Shown here piece by piece: positions 1 through 13,770 of a DNA stretch of 64,000 nt. The first letter of the stretch is position 1, and every line of letters starts with the position of its first letter. A program made the translations under genes and the position numbers. A model generated the notes under the pieces. The model ran no database searches. It was not told where the DNA came from and was given only the letters and a program-made list of their open reading frames with translations. This DNA is from Camelus ferus (lineage: Eukaryota). The DNA is taken from assembly GCF_009834535.1 (NCBI RefSeq), contig NC_045696.1:38566001-38630000 (forward strand). The letters run 5' to 3'.

Positions 1-3000
1 AATTATAATACCTAAAACAACATTGCATCACATATATGTTGTAAACTCAAATGGTACCTCAGGTTGCCCTCTTAGGACAGATAAAAAAGAAAAGAAAAGA
101 AAAGAAAAAGTGATCAAAGAAAGGCCACTGTGGTACTGTCACTCTCATTATGATTTTCTGAAAGGTTAATTTATCTTCCCAAAAGATCAACAAAATCCTT
201 GATGTCACGTATAGAACTCCTGGAGATGATCATATTTACAGCACTCTCCATCCACACAGTTCTTGTAAAAGTTCAATTATAAAGAAACAGTAAGACCTAC
301 AAGTCAGTTCTGTTTTGCCCACCTGTGTAACCTAAACACATAGATATTTTAACATACTATGAAAGAATGTATTTGCTTTTAATTCTATGATGAAAGCTAC
401 TTCAATACTCATTAAAATTATAGTTATTGTGATAATGAAGTAACAAAATTTTCCTGAAAGTTATTTTATAGTTATTTTTTTTCCATTTACTTTTCTTAGA
501 TACACCCCTTGGATTTAACTGATAACTAGATTACTATTCAACCTTTTAACTTTGTGCTCCTTTTTTATACTTATCATTATACATGAATGGTTTTTTAAAA
601 TAATTTATGCCCCCATGAAACAAAATTCTGTAATAATCCAGATTATCCCTAATGCGCAGTGTCTGAAATTCATCCACAAACTCCTTCAGGACAAATGGAA
701 GCAGGTGGTGATTGGGGACAATGAGATAATTGGGTGCAGAAACCTCTAGGTCTGTGATGATTACTAGAGGTCCATGGAGATAAAGCCTCCAGTGCAAGAG
801 GAGGAAAGGAATGACAAGATGGATACAACACAATACAGAACCCAAGAAGCCATACACATGGAAGCTGGAAAGAACTGTTGGTTATAATCCAAGTGGACAG
901 GTGATCAGCAGATCGTGTTTGGTTTGCCAGCGAAGAGACTCAAATGCAAGACTTGTAGAAAATTGTTCTGAAGATGATCTACTCTTGTATGCAAAGAACC
1001 CAAGAGCCAGATTTCCAAGTCTCAGTTTATAGATACATAATTTAGAGTTTAGAATCATCAGATGCTAAGATCTGCTTTGGGAAAATACATAAACCAATGG
1101 AGAAATTACAGGTTCCAACTGAAGTACAACAATGCCATTGTGGGACATTGTAATGTTAAAGTTCATAATAGTTTTAAAACTCAAAATATAAAGAGAATAA
1201 ATACAGGAGGACAGGGGCAAGGAATTGAAACGGTCCTGACAATCTAATCAGAAGGTATTATTCACTGTGAATTTCATATCACTGTCACCACTTCTTGACT
1301 GTATTCTGGCTTCTCTTCTCAGGCAACTTATTGTTAAGATGTCTTATAATTGCTATCTTGCAAACATAATAAATATGTTTTAGTTCCTAGCTTACTTTAT
1401 CATACTGCGTGAAATAACAAATTATGTTGCAGCCTGATAGGAATGATATAAAAAGCAGAGTCTGGATTTCTCACGTCCTCCTTAATAACCTGAGTTTATT
1501 CAGTATTTCTTAATTGGATTGATGACCAAGGATGTGAGGTGTCTATGGTATTATATAAATATCACAGTCAACAGATGGCTTTGATTAAAGTTATCCAACA
1601 AAACCGACTTTCTATAAAAATTTGATAAACTATCACTAAATGTTTTAATAACTGAAGTGATTTCTTTCAAGTAAGCAAATGAAGTGAGTCCTTCTATTTA
1701 TATAAGCTCTTTGCGGTAGTTATTTATATGTAAAAAATGAGCAATTTTCCAATAATTGAATTTGTTTTTCTAAAATAAGAAATAGGAAAAGGATATTAAT
1801 AAGTTATATGACTTCATACTGGCCAAACTAAATGATCAAAAGTTGATATTAGTCTATTCCTTTATATTTAGAAGAAGTTATTTTACAATATCAGTTGTAC
1901 TTTTATCATTACAGAGATGTCTTCATGTATAATTTTTCCAACGTTTTGCTTCAGTTTAAAACCACTCATCTAGTTGCATTCTCTGTGAAAAAATGAGACT
2001 GTCTCTTAATTCCATCTTCACATTAAAACTTCAGTTAAAAGACAACTTTATATTAAAATTTTAATTTTTTAATTATAAAATTTTAGAAATAACTTCTAAT
2101 ATAATTATTTAATCACTTCAGTATTCTAGACCCTTTCAGCATTTCCATGACACTTTTTTTCTGATAAAAGTGGAATAAAAAAAGGTACCTACTCTTCACT
2201 CTTTCAAACAGGAAAATAGTTATATATATATACAGGCTATAATTTTTTCTTAATATTATATAAAGTATTTTTATATCCTAAGTCAGCCTAAAGGCAAACT
2301 ACCTTCTGTTAGGTAAAATTAATGAGACAATTAAACCTTTAAAACGGTAGATACAAAGTATGATGCCACTAGTTATGTCATGATTTTAAGGGTGGTTTAG
2401 ATATTCGAACAAGCAGTTAGTTATTTGAAAACTTGTGGTGACTACGGAACATCAATCCATTTTCACAACATTTCATTTTAAAACTTTCTCTAAAATCAAG
2501 AATAAAAAATTAGTTCCCCCCACGGCCCCTTTCCTTTTCTATTTTTGCTTCTTTATCATCAATATTTTGTTTCAAATTTGGTGTGGGATTATAATCTTAA
2601 CTACACACTCTCAGGAAATAAAAGCTTCTTATTTCAGACCAGAGAACAGAAATATTTAGCGTAACACAATACATTTTGTTAGTGAACCAAGTCTCCAAAT
2701 CAACTTAGAATGAGGCATTTTTAATGATTTCTATACTCTGTGACATCCTGCTATGATACAAACAGATACATTTTAAGTAATAAAGAAGTTATCCTTGTAG
2801 TTTTTCCTTTCTGTGTCATAAAACCTTAACTTACTTTTACAAAATAGAAGGCAAATAATGAGGAAATACAATGTTGTATCTGAGATATGTTAACTTACTA
2901 ATCTTCTGCTGGCCAGTCTATTCAGTATTCTCTCGAGTGGAGTAAAAGTTTGAATCTTTTCCATGAGATGCACAATGGGCAAAATCATGGCTGGAGAGAA

Positions 3001-4294
3001 ACATGTTATCACTCCCTGCCTTCCTCTTTCAAAGACACAGAGAAAAAGATCTCCTTACCCAAAACTTGATTCCTCTTAAACTGCATTACCCCTCCCCGTC
3101 CCATGTACATATGTTTGTGAGAAATGTGGAAGAGGACCCAGCACCATCTGTGATTCTGCCTACTAATAGCTAAAAATTGGGAAAGAAAGAGAGATGACGT
3201 TCCTTTGGACCCAAGGGATGCTTCACTTTTCCTGGGCTTCGAAACCAAACATAATTCTGACCTTGAAGGGGCAGTTTATTTACCACATCATTCTGTGTTC
3301 TCAAGGGGAAAACGTATGAATTTAATTATATCCTTGTCAAAAGGTAATTCCATCTCAAAAATTAATTTTCGCTGCTTTGGAGTTATTGCACATTAAAAAA
3401 TATTGTCACACAAAAAAACATGGATGGCTGTCACAAACATTTTGAAACCTATTGACCTTACATAGCTTCATCTGCAAAACTATTGATTTTTTTCTGTCTT
3501 TATTTTGACATTTCATATGATTTCATCTAGCATGCATCACTGTGGAAATGTCAGGTTTCAGGGTGTGCTTTTATTGTTTGGGTAGAGCAATCTTAGAAAT
3601 GGTTTACGACTTATCTATTAGAAGCAGTAGGCTAGATTCATCAATGTTGAAATGATTCAGCATCAGGTTACCACACTTATTTTTCCAGAGGTTTCCAGAT
3701 GATTCTTTTTTTTTTCCCTCCTGAGAAGTGAATTGGATTGTCACTTTGGATATTAGATGTCAATAATTCCCTAACTAGACTTGAAAACTCTAAGCCCGTG
3801 AATATTCTTAATTTGAGGGCTTTCTGGAGTGTGAGGTGTTAACTCAATACAGTTTCTGTTTGTTGGGAAGGTAATGGGGGCTCTAGTACATTTCCAAATA
3901 TTATTCGTTCATGATATAGTCAAAAAATCATTATCTTTGTTCAGTTTTTATCATATAAATATTTTGTCTTACCCAAATTTTCAAGCTAGATTCTTCATGC
4001 TGTCTTGCCCCAATCCAATGGGAGATAAACAATGTTTTAAAGACCCTGAATGGTGTCTGTGACTAAAATATCACCTGAAAATATGTCTCTCTTTTGCTTG
4101 ACTCACTTTTTAAAAATAACATTTGCAGTGTGTTAAAAAATAAACTGAAGACTTCAATTGAACAGTGAATAATTTATGTGTAAATAGACTGACTTTTATT
4201 AGTAAAAAAATTGGAAGAAGAGTCAACAAATTATTTGTGTTACTCTAGACTAGTTTCAGCCCAGCCAACAGCATGTAAAAATCGTATTTCCAGG

Positions 4295-4466
4295 CAGAAC
4301 AAGCTACATAATTTGCAGGGCTCAGTACAAAACAAAAATGTGGAGTTCTTTGTTCAGAATTATTAAGAATTTCTACAGCAGCAAACGTTAAACTAAGCAC
4401 AAGTCGTCCATTCTAAGCTTTGGACCCCATGTTACTGAATATATTGCATGCCATGGGCCAGCTCTG
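4295..4466 (-). mobile_element. MER45A-like hAT (Tip100) non-autonomous DNA transposon, full length
   Basis: Matches the recalled reverse complement of MER45A (cagaacaagctacataatttgcagggctcagtacaaaac...catgggccagctctg). Flanked by an 8-bp hAT-type TSD: TTTCCAGG (4287-4294) / TTTCAAGG (4467-4474). Confidence 0.85.
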
Positions 4467-6999
4467 TTTCAAGGTTCTACCTGTGAAAATTTAACCTTGT
4501 AATTCCATTTGCTAATGAAGAAAAACTTGACCTCCTTACACTACAGTTTTCTTTTCTAAAAAAAAGCAACCTGAAACTGAGATAATCCATATATACATTC
4601 AATAAAATACCATTAGCTAGCTAAAATTTTATAAAAATTATTGCTGAAGTAGGCAAAATATTATTTTGTTTGATTATTTCTTTTTAAGATCCTTGAATTT
4701 AAAATATATTAAAAATTTTTTATTATTAGCTAAAGTTAAAACAAAATACAAATAAAAGTAAATTCCACTTGGCCATTCTTATAACATTTCCTGTTTATGG
4801 ACAGCATATCCAGAAGCTTCAAGTATCTCTCCATCTGTCAGCAGATTTGCAGAGAAAAGTACTGTTAATGAAAATGACAGTACACACAAAGTGACCTTTA
4901 GAAGTTACCCACTATTCTCAAAGTGACATTGCTTTCCACAGCAAATAAGAAACTATTATCTGGGTTTCATGTTCTCAACCAATTGCTATCAAAGCAGTAA
5001 TAATTGATTTAAAAGGAAAGAAAGCATTATAACATGACTATATTTCATTTATTAATGCAACATTTTTCTATTGGCCAAAAAATTACTGGAAGAGACGTTA
5101 TGCTAAAAAATACATTGGGATTTATTCTATATGATTCTTGAATTCTAAGTATTTGCAATGATGTAAAACCAAGTCACTGTACTGAAATGCAATTACATTT
5201 TTAGTGGCATTTTTTTTCCCTTTTAACTGAATGGAAAAACTAAGATTTTTTTTGAGTCTTTAATGTTTTAATTACGGTATTTGATTCTGTGAAGAACAAT
5301 TCTCCTAATGAGAGCTGGCCTACATAATGACATTGCTCAGTGTATTATTTAACTAATCAGATTTTTCCTTCAACCCTAGCATTTATTACTTTCTTTTACA
5401 TATTCAAAGCAGATGCTCCTATGCTAGCATTTGTATTAATGTTAATTGAAGTTATTCAGGTGGATGACAAAGAAAATTAGACCCCTCAGGGTATCATCTT
5501 CCCTTGTAGTTTTTTAAAAAAGCTTTCAAGAACTGCATATATAAATTTGAACAAAATACTCTAGCCACTATAGATTTTCTAAGTATTTGATCATGCAACT
5601 GAGAATGCCTCTGACAAGATATATGCCCTATAAAAAGAGTTTGAATGATAAAATAAGTTTATAAAATCTACAAAAATTCTGAAGTGTAACTGACTGTAAA
5701 TTTATAAGGAAAACATTTATTAAGTTTATTAGCTTTTTGAGAGAAATTTTATTCTGATGAAAGAAGGGTAGGAGAAAGGTATATTCATATATAAAAGGAA
5801 AAATATGTAGTTAAAACACTTATTAGTGAGCTGATGTGAGTTAAATTGGGAATAAAGTATATATAAGTGAGAATGAGGGAGTATTGTGATGAAAAAACTC
5901 ACTGGCTTAGTTAAGTGTGTCAAATGGTCATGTTTATATAAATCAGTACCAGATGTGTTTCCAAATCAGGGAACTTCCAAAAAAACCCACTATATCAATG
6001 GACCTTGTGAAATATTTAAAATCTTTTGTACTCTGTGGAAGAGAAAGTTCTAGAAATCTGTCCTCCAAAGCTTGTATTTAATTCTATATGCAAATCCACA
6101 TATAAAAAATACTTTAAGAAGAGGTTTGATAAAATTACAAAATATAAATAGTATTTATTGACTTTAAGCAGAATAAAATTGAAGATAAAAGAAAATATCT
6201 CTCCCAGTAGTACCATAGGGAGAAAGAAATACTGTTTCAAAGCACAGGAGAGATTACAGCTGGCAATATTTTAGTGGAAATATAAAAAGCTGAAATAGAA
6301 CTGAGAAACAGGGTAGCAACTGAAAATTATTCTTAAAATTATCAGAGAGAAGGATACTGATGGGAATGTAATTCTGAAGTCGCTTCTTACTTGCTTAGTC
6401 TAGGAACTGAAGCGGCTTTTTAGATTTAAAAAGAGAAAATGCAGGTTCTGTTGGTTGAGTGATCCTTCATAGCCAGCAGAAAGCTTCAGGAGCTCCTCAG
6501 CGTTTTTAATCCAGTTCCGCTGCATCCCTCCACCCTTGTTTTCCAGTCTGCCGCTTTTTCCCTTTACTGCTTCCTCCCTCTGTGCTCGTGTAGATGCTAT
6601 GTCTCCCATCCTCACAGATTCTGACTCTACAGATATTTTGAGGGACCACTCATATGCCACCTCCATTTCCAAGACTTTTCTGAACCTCCCAGATCAAAGG
6701 GATACTTCTTCCTCTGAATACCCCAAGTCATTTTTCACGGCTTAGGAACATATTTTATTCTTTCTTCTAATTTGTTCCTTTATGCATGTTCTTTTTTTCC
6801 TCTGCTACCAGTTTCTAAGTTTTCTGAGGAAAAATATAGGATGGATTTACACTGATGTGTAAATGTGTCTTTTGCATATACACGTTCAGTAAATGTTTAA
6901 TAATAGATAAATATGAATGGATGGATTTTAACTTTGCAGTTGTTTCTAACCTAATCGCCTCGTGCTGAGTGGTATTCATCATGATTAACCATGTTAACA

Positions 7000-7590
7000 C
7001 TCAAACCAGGCTGGTTGGGTGTAATTCTAGGCTTTTATACTCACTGCTGTATGATTTGGGGCAAGTCACTTAACAACTCTTTCATTTCTTCGCTTAAAAT
7101 AGGCATAATGATATAGAGACTGTATGAGGAATAATTGTGTTAATTTTTTATATTTGTTTACCAGTTGTTTTATAACAAAGTACCACACACTGGGTGGCTT
7201 TACTGACAGAAATTTATTTCTCACAGTCCTGGATCCTGGGAGTCCAAGAAGAAGGTGTCAGCAGGTTTGGTTTCTTCTGACGCCTCTTCTTGGCTGCATA
7301 GGCTACCTTCTGGCTGTATCTTCACAAGGTTTTTCCTCTGTGGTTGGACATCCTTGTTGTATCTCAGTGTGTTCAAATTTCCTCTTCTTTCAAGGATACC
7401 AGTCAAATTGGATTAGGACCCACCCTAAAGGCCCTATTTTAACATAATCACCTCTTTAAAGACCCTATTTCCAAATACAGTCAATTCTGAGATGCTGGGG
7501 CTTAGGACTTCAACATATGCATGGGTGGTGGAGGGTACATTTCATCCATGAAAAGCACGTAAAACCGTAGCTGGCACATAATATTTAGCA
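7000..7590 (+). mobile_element. MIR SINE split by the MaLR LTR at 7150-7553
   Basis: MIR core (tgtatgatttggggcaagtcacttaac) at 7048-7074. The MIR 3' part (gcacgtaaaaccgtagctggcacata) resumes after the LTR. Confidence 0.65.
7150..7553 (-). mobile_element. MaLR solo LTR (MLT1A/B-like)
   Basis: Diagnostic MLT1 segments: aacaaagtaccacacactgggtggc, gaaatttatttctcacagtcctgg, ttggattaggacccaccctaa, ttaggacttcaacatatg. Confidence 0.85.
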
Positions 7591-8068
7591 TGGGTCGTGG
7601 TGGAGCTCATCAGCCTTGTTCCTTTAGCTTCTGATCGTTTTTGACTTATTACAAATACTTTTCCTTATAATTTAAAGATAATTTCAAATTTGGATTCCTG
7701 TGATCTATGCCTATGCCTATTTAACTTAAATGCAATTTTGTCTGTTAATCTAACAACTATAAATATTTCATTATCCTATCATATTTAACTGAAGTTTTAA
7801 GCTTCCAGAAATGTTTTCTTAACTCTGCATATTAAAAACTTTATGTTGTTTTAAGTTGCAAAGCATTTTTCATTACTACAGAATAATTCAGGAAATAAGA
7901 ATAACTGAAATATGAACGATTCAAACAGTTTGATAGAAATGTGTATAAAATATAATATATATTGCACGTATATTATACTGTATGAGAAAAGTGGTTACTA
8001 GTCTGAGCAAATACAGAATTACTGAAAGTTATTTTACCCGAGAGACACTATATTCAAAATAATTTGTC

Positions 8069-9565
8069 AGAGGAACGAATAAGTGACCTAGAAGACAGGA
8101 CAACAGAAGGCATCCAATCAGAACAGCTGAAAGAAAAACAAATAAAAAACAATGAAAACAATATAAGGGACCTATGGGATAATATAAAGCATGCCAATCT
8201 ATGCATAATAGGGGTTCCAGAAGGGGAAGAAAGAACAAAGTGGATTGAAAAGGTATTGGAAGAAATCATGACTGAAAACTTCCCAAACCTAAAGGAATCA
8301 GATATCTAAGTACAGGAGGCTCAGAGGGTCCCAAACAGGAAGACCCAAAACAGACCCACACCAAGACATATTATAATCAAGATGGCTAGAGTCAAAGATA
8401 AAGAAATGATCCTAAAGGCAGCAAGAGAAAAGCAAAGAGTGAGTTACAAGGAAACTTCCATAAGGCTCTCAGCTGATTTCTCTACACAAACACTACAGGC
8501 CAGAAGGGAGTGGCAAGGTATATTCAAAGTCCTGAATGAAAAAAAAGATGCAGCCTAGGATACTCTATCCAGCAAGGCTATCCTTTAGAATAGAAGGAAG
8601 AGATAAAGAACTTCACAGACAAGCAAAAACTCAAAGAGTTTAACAACACTAAACCCATGCTGAAAGAAATATTGACAGATCTAATCTAAATAGAAAAGAA
8701 GCAGGATGCTACAAAAATGAGAAACTCATAACTGGAAAGGAGATAACTGCCATGAATTGCAAAAAGAATAAACACAAAATTATAAAAGAAGACATCTAAA
8801 TCATTAAGAGTGGGAGAGGGAAGCAAGGAAAATCATTGTGGAAAACAGTATGGAGATTCCTCAAAAGACTAGGAATAGATATACCATATGACCCAGGAAT
8901 CTCACTCCTGGGCGTAAATCCAGAAGGAACCCTACTTCAAAAAGACACCTGCACCCCAGTGTTCATAGCAGCACTATTTACAATAGCCAAGACATGGAAA
9001 CAGCTTAAATGTCCATCAACAGATGACTGAGTAAAGAAGATGTGGTATATTTATACGATGAAATACTATTCAGCCATAAAAACCGACAACATAATGCCAT
9101 TTGTGGCAACATGGGTGTTCCTGGAGAATGTCATTCTAAGTGAAGTAAGCCAGAAAGAGAAAGAAAAATACCATATGAGGTCGCTCATATGAGGAATCTA
9201 AAAACAGAACAAAACAAAACATAAATACAAAACAGAAACAGACTCATAGACATAGAATACAAACTTGTGGTTGCCAAGGGGGCAGGGGGTGGGAAGGGAC
9301 AGACTGGAATTTTAAAATGCAGAATAGGTAAACAAGATTATACTGTATAGCACACGGAAATATAAACAAGATCTTCTGGTAGCTCATAGTGAAAAAAAAA
9401 TGTGACAATGAATATATATATGTTCATATATAACTGAAAAATTGTGCTCTACACTAGAATTTGACAACATTGTAAAATGACTATTACTCAATAAAAAAAT
9501 GTTTAAAAAAATAGAAGGCTGATGTGATAAGGGGATAAGATATTAAATGTAATAACACCAATAAA
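8069..9565 (+). mobile_element. Young L1 derivative: 5'-truncated ORF1 + partial spacer fused to ORF2 C-terminus + 3'UTR + extra 3' segment
   Basis: ORF1 peptide EERISDLEDR...NIRDLWDNIKHANLCIIGVPEGEE...ENFPNL. It continues past an in-frame TAA (8307-8309) through RPTPRHIIIK and IRLSADFSTQTLQARREW, with two frameshifts, to a stop at 8687-8689. The ORF2 C-terminal peptide WKTVWRFLKRLGIDIPYDPGISLLG...[22 protein letters not shown] starts at ~8836. Perfect 13-bp TSD AAAATAATTTGTC at 8056-8068 and 9566-9578. Confidence 0.93.
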
Positions 9566-10964
9566 AAAATAATTTGTCCCTCTTAGAGAATTCTAGATGG
9601 TACAATAATTGAAAAAAAATCAATTCATAGACATTTGTAATCTAGAAATATTCACATGGAATTTCCTTCAGTTATAACTGTGTCCAATGACTGAGTTTTA
9701 TTTAATATACAGATAGGGAAAAGAAACTGCTGCCAGTTGCTTTTTGCAGAATTGTATACAATATTTAGAGTACTCTAGTTATGACACTATAACTCAGCCA
9801 CCCTTTTTTCTTACTTTCAGCATATCATGTTAAACAATATAAATCTTACAATTTTCCTCTGAATAAATGTTTCTAGCTAGCTTAGTACTGATAAAGCAAG
9901 GAGGAAAAGAATTAATCAGGAAAATGATCTGACCAAAATGTGAAAATAACCCCATCTGCAGAGATTTAAGTGCCCACAACCCATTTCTGAGGAAATGTGA
10001 ATTAAGGATACTCCCTTAGAAACCACTTAGAACTGAAGAAGCTTAAACTTTTACAACTTAAGGCAGAAATATAGGCTCTTTACAAAAGCTTCAGGTTTTT
10101 AGTCTTTAGTCAAGCAAATGGTATTAGTAGAAATTTGAAGTACACATCATGAAACAGCAAAAACCTTTATCACAGCAAAGGACAAAATAATTTTAGACAA
10201 ACTGTTGAACTGCTGTAATTGTAGAAGAAAGCACTGGAAATCTGATGAAAATTCTAAGAAATATGATTTGCCTCACTGCAGATCCTCTGGAATTAAATGT
10301 GAGAAATGTCTTTATATGCATTAAAACTGCGTAATCCACTGATACTCCTTAGCACAGTGTTGTATATCAAAGTTTTATGAATTCAAACAAGAACTTATAG
10401 TAGTAATTTCCCTATTACACAGCAGCTTCTCCGTGCCAAGTGGAGAGCTCAGTCTTCCAAGTACTGCAAGTAACTCTCTTGCCATTGAGGCTATCAGACT
10501 TTGTTTTAGGAAGAAGGTTGAGCCTAGAAAGGCTTATTATTGTCACTTTTAAATTCAACTACATTTTGAATGAACAAGGAAAATTTACAGATAAAAATGA
10601 TAAGCAGTAAATTACACTATAAAATATAAAAAAAAACCACTTTGTGATGCAACCAACCCACCTCTATTTTATATTTACTAACTGTAAGTTTGTATATTAA
10701 GTGCAATTCTTTTATATCTTCCTAAAAATAATTTGGCCATTACCTTATGTGAAATGCATTTCTAGGTTTACTTTGCACATATCCATATCAGTAAAGATTC
10801 TGTTTCTAATAAGATGTTTTCCTTTTGTTTTGTGAACATGAAGTGAAAATGAAAACATACATGAACTACTTTACAATTTATATGCAGTATGCCTTAGTGT
10901 AAACAGAGAAGAAAGTAAGTGGTGGTTAAGGGGATTTCCAAGTTTATTTTGTCCATTTATTAGT

Positions 10965-11083
10965 CCATTTAATAACAGTAAGATCATTACATGTTAACAT
11001 AAATAACATTTTTATAGAGCATAGCTGTATTGTCTAAAACAAAAGAAATGTTTACTGAGAAGAGTAGTCTTGGTCTATATCTT
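10965..11083. mobile_element. hAT-Charlie (Charlie1-like) fragment
   Basis: attacatgttaacataaataacatttttat...tactgagaagagtag resembles the recalled Charlie1 internal consensus. Confidence 0.5.
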
Positions 11084-11089
11084 TAACTG

Positions 11090-13699
11090 ATATTTTTATT
11101 AAAATGGTTGTAGATTCCCATGCAGTTGTAGGACTAATACAGTGAGGTCCTTGTATGCTCCATATGTACTTTATCTGGTTTCCTACTTAGTGGAACATTT
11201 TGCATAACTACAGTATAGTATCACAGCCAGGATATTGACATTCATATAATCCAGCAACTTTCTTCAGCTTTCTTCACTTTTATTTATTCTCATTTGGAGT
11301 GTGTATGTGTGAGTGTAGGTGTGTGTTCAGTCTATAAAATTTTATCACCTGTGTAGGTTTGGGTACCAAGATACTGAAAAATACTAATACCACAAGAATC
11401 CCTTGTGTTGTCTTTTTATAATCACCCTCACCTCCCTCCATCCCTTCTCCTCTGACAAATATTAATTTCTCTTCCATTTCTAAAATTTTATCATTTAAAA
11501 AATATTATGTAAATGGAATTATACAGTATGTAACCTTTTTGAGACCAGCTTTTTTCATTCAGCATAATTCCTCCTGGAGATTCATCTTAGTTGTATCAAT
11601 ACTATATTCCTTTTTATTGTTGAGTAGTATTTCATGGTATTTATGTTTCTCAGTTTATGTAACTATTCATCTGTGGAAGTATATCTTGGATGGTGCCATT
11701 TTTTGTTCTTACAGATAAAATGACAATGTACATTCATGTACAGGTTTTTATGTGAAGATAAGTTTTCCTTCCTCTGGCATAAATGCCCAGAGTGAGATTG
11801 CTGAACCCTACCATAACTGGATGCTTAAGTATATAAGAAACTGCCAAACTGATTTCCAGAGTGCCTGGGCCATTTTGCATTCTAGCAGGCAAGATATGGA
11901 TGACCCAGTTTCTCTGCTTTCTTGCATTTGATGTCATCATTATTTTTTATTTTAGCCTTTACATTACGTGTGTAGCTATATCTCCTTGTGGTTTTAATTT
12001 GCATTCCCCTAAAGGCTAATGATGTTGGACATTATTTCATGTGCCTATTTGCCATCCGTGTATCCTTTCTGGTGAAATGTCTTTTCATATCCTTATTACG
12101 TTTTCTAATTTAACTAATTGATTTTTTTGCTGGTGAATTTTGAGAGTTCTTTATATATTCTAAATACTACTCCTTTGTCAGATATGTAATTTGCAAATAT
12201 TTTCTGCCAGTTTGTAGCTTGTCTTTTCATCCTCAGGACATGGGCTTTTATAGAGCAAAAGTTTTAAATTTTGTTGAGTTCTAATTTATCAGCTTTCCTT
12301 TTCTGGATCATGCTTTGGTATATCAAGTCTGAGAATTCATTGCCAACTACTAGATCCTAAATATTTTCTCCTGTGCTTTTTTCCTAAAAAATTTTGTATT
12401 TTACACTTAAGTAAATTTTCACTTACACTGTTTGTAATTCACTTTGAGTCGGGGCTTTTGTTGAGGTTCTTTTTTTTGGCCTTTGGAAGTCTACTTGTTT
12501 CAGTGTCATTTATTGAAAGACTATATATATTTCTTCCACTGAATGATTGCTTTTGAACTTTTGTCAAAAATCACCTGAGCACATTTGAGTGGTCTATTTC
12601 TGGATTCTCCATTCTGAGTCATCGATTTATATGGCTACATTTTATCCAACACCACACTGTCTTTATTACTATAGCTACAGAGTAAGCCTTATGTCAGGTT
12701 GAATATTTCTCCTTCTTTATTAGTCTTTGTTGAGACGGTTTTAGATATTCTGAGGTCTGTACCTTTGAATTTTCAAATAAGCTTGTCTTTGTCTACAAAA
12801 AAGTTTGCTGGAATTTTGATAGAGATTGCATTAATCCTGTACACCAATTTGGGAAGTTTTGATGTCTTTACCATGTTGAGTCTTCCAGTCCATAAACAGA
12901 GTGTATCTCTCCATTTATTTAGGTATTTGATTTTTTTCCCCAACATTCTGTAATTTTGACATACAGATCCTGTATATGTATTTTAAGAATATATATAAGC
13001 ATTTCTTTTTATTTGGACCAATTATAAGTAGCATTGAGTTCTTAATTTCTGTTTCCACACATTCATTGTTAGTATGTAGATATGCAGTTGGTTTTAATGT
13101 GTTGATTTTGTTTGCTGCAGTCTTGACTTAGTTATTACTTACAAGAGAGGTTTTTTGTATGTTCATTAAGAATTTTTTACGTAGACAATCATGTCATCTA
13201 CAACCAGAGTTAGTTCTGTTTCTTCATTTGCACTCTGAATGCTTGTTGTCTCTTTTTGTTGCTTTATTGCAGTGACTAGAATTTCTAGTACTATGTTGAG
13301 TAAGAGTGGTAAGAGCAGACATTTTGCCTGTTTTTCACCTTGGGGAGAGAGCATTAGTTTTTCACGATTAAGTGTGATATTATCTGTATGTTTTTATAGA
13401 TGCTCTTTAAAAAATTGGGTAATTCCCCTCTATTCTTATCTTGCTGAGCATTTTTATCATGAATGGGTATTGGGTTTTGTCAAATGTTTTTTCTATGTCA
13501 ATTCATCATAAAATTTTCATTCTTTAGCTTATTGATGTATTGGGTTATACATTGATTTTCAAATATTAAAAAAATAGTCATATATATATTGGCTAAATCT
13601 CACTTTGTCATGATGTATGATTCTCTTAGTGCATTGCTAAATTCATTTTGCTAATACTATACTGAGGATTTTTGCATTTAAGTTCATGAGAGATTTGTT

Positions 13700-13770
<71 letters not shown>

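Noticed and set aside
546..1032. Overlapping 65-103 aa ORFs near the window start
   Set aside because: No recognisable protein similarity or exon structure. The DNA looks like a decayed MaLR-type LTR.
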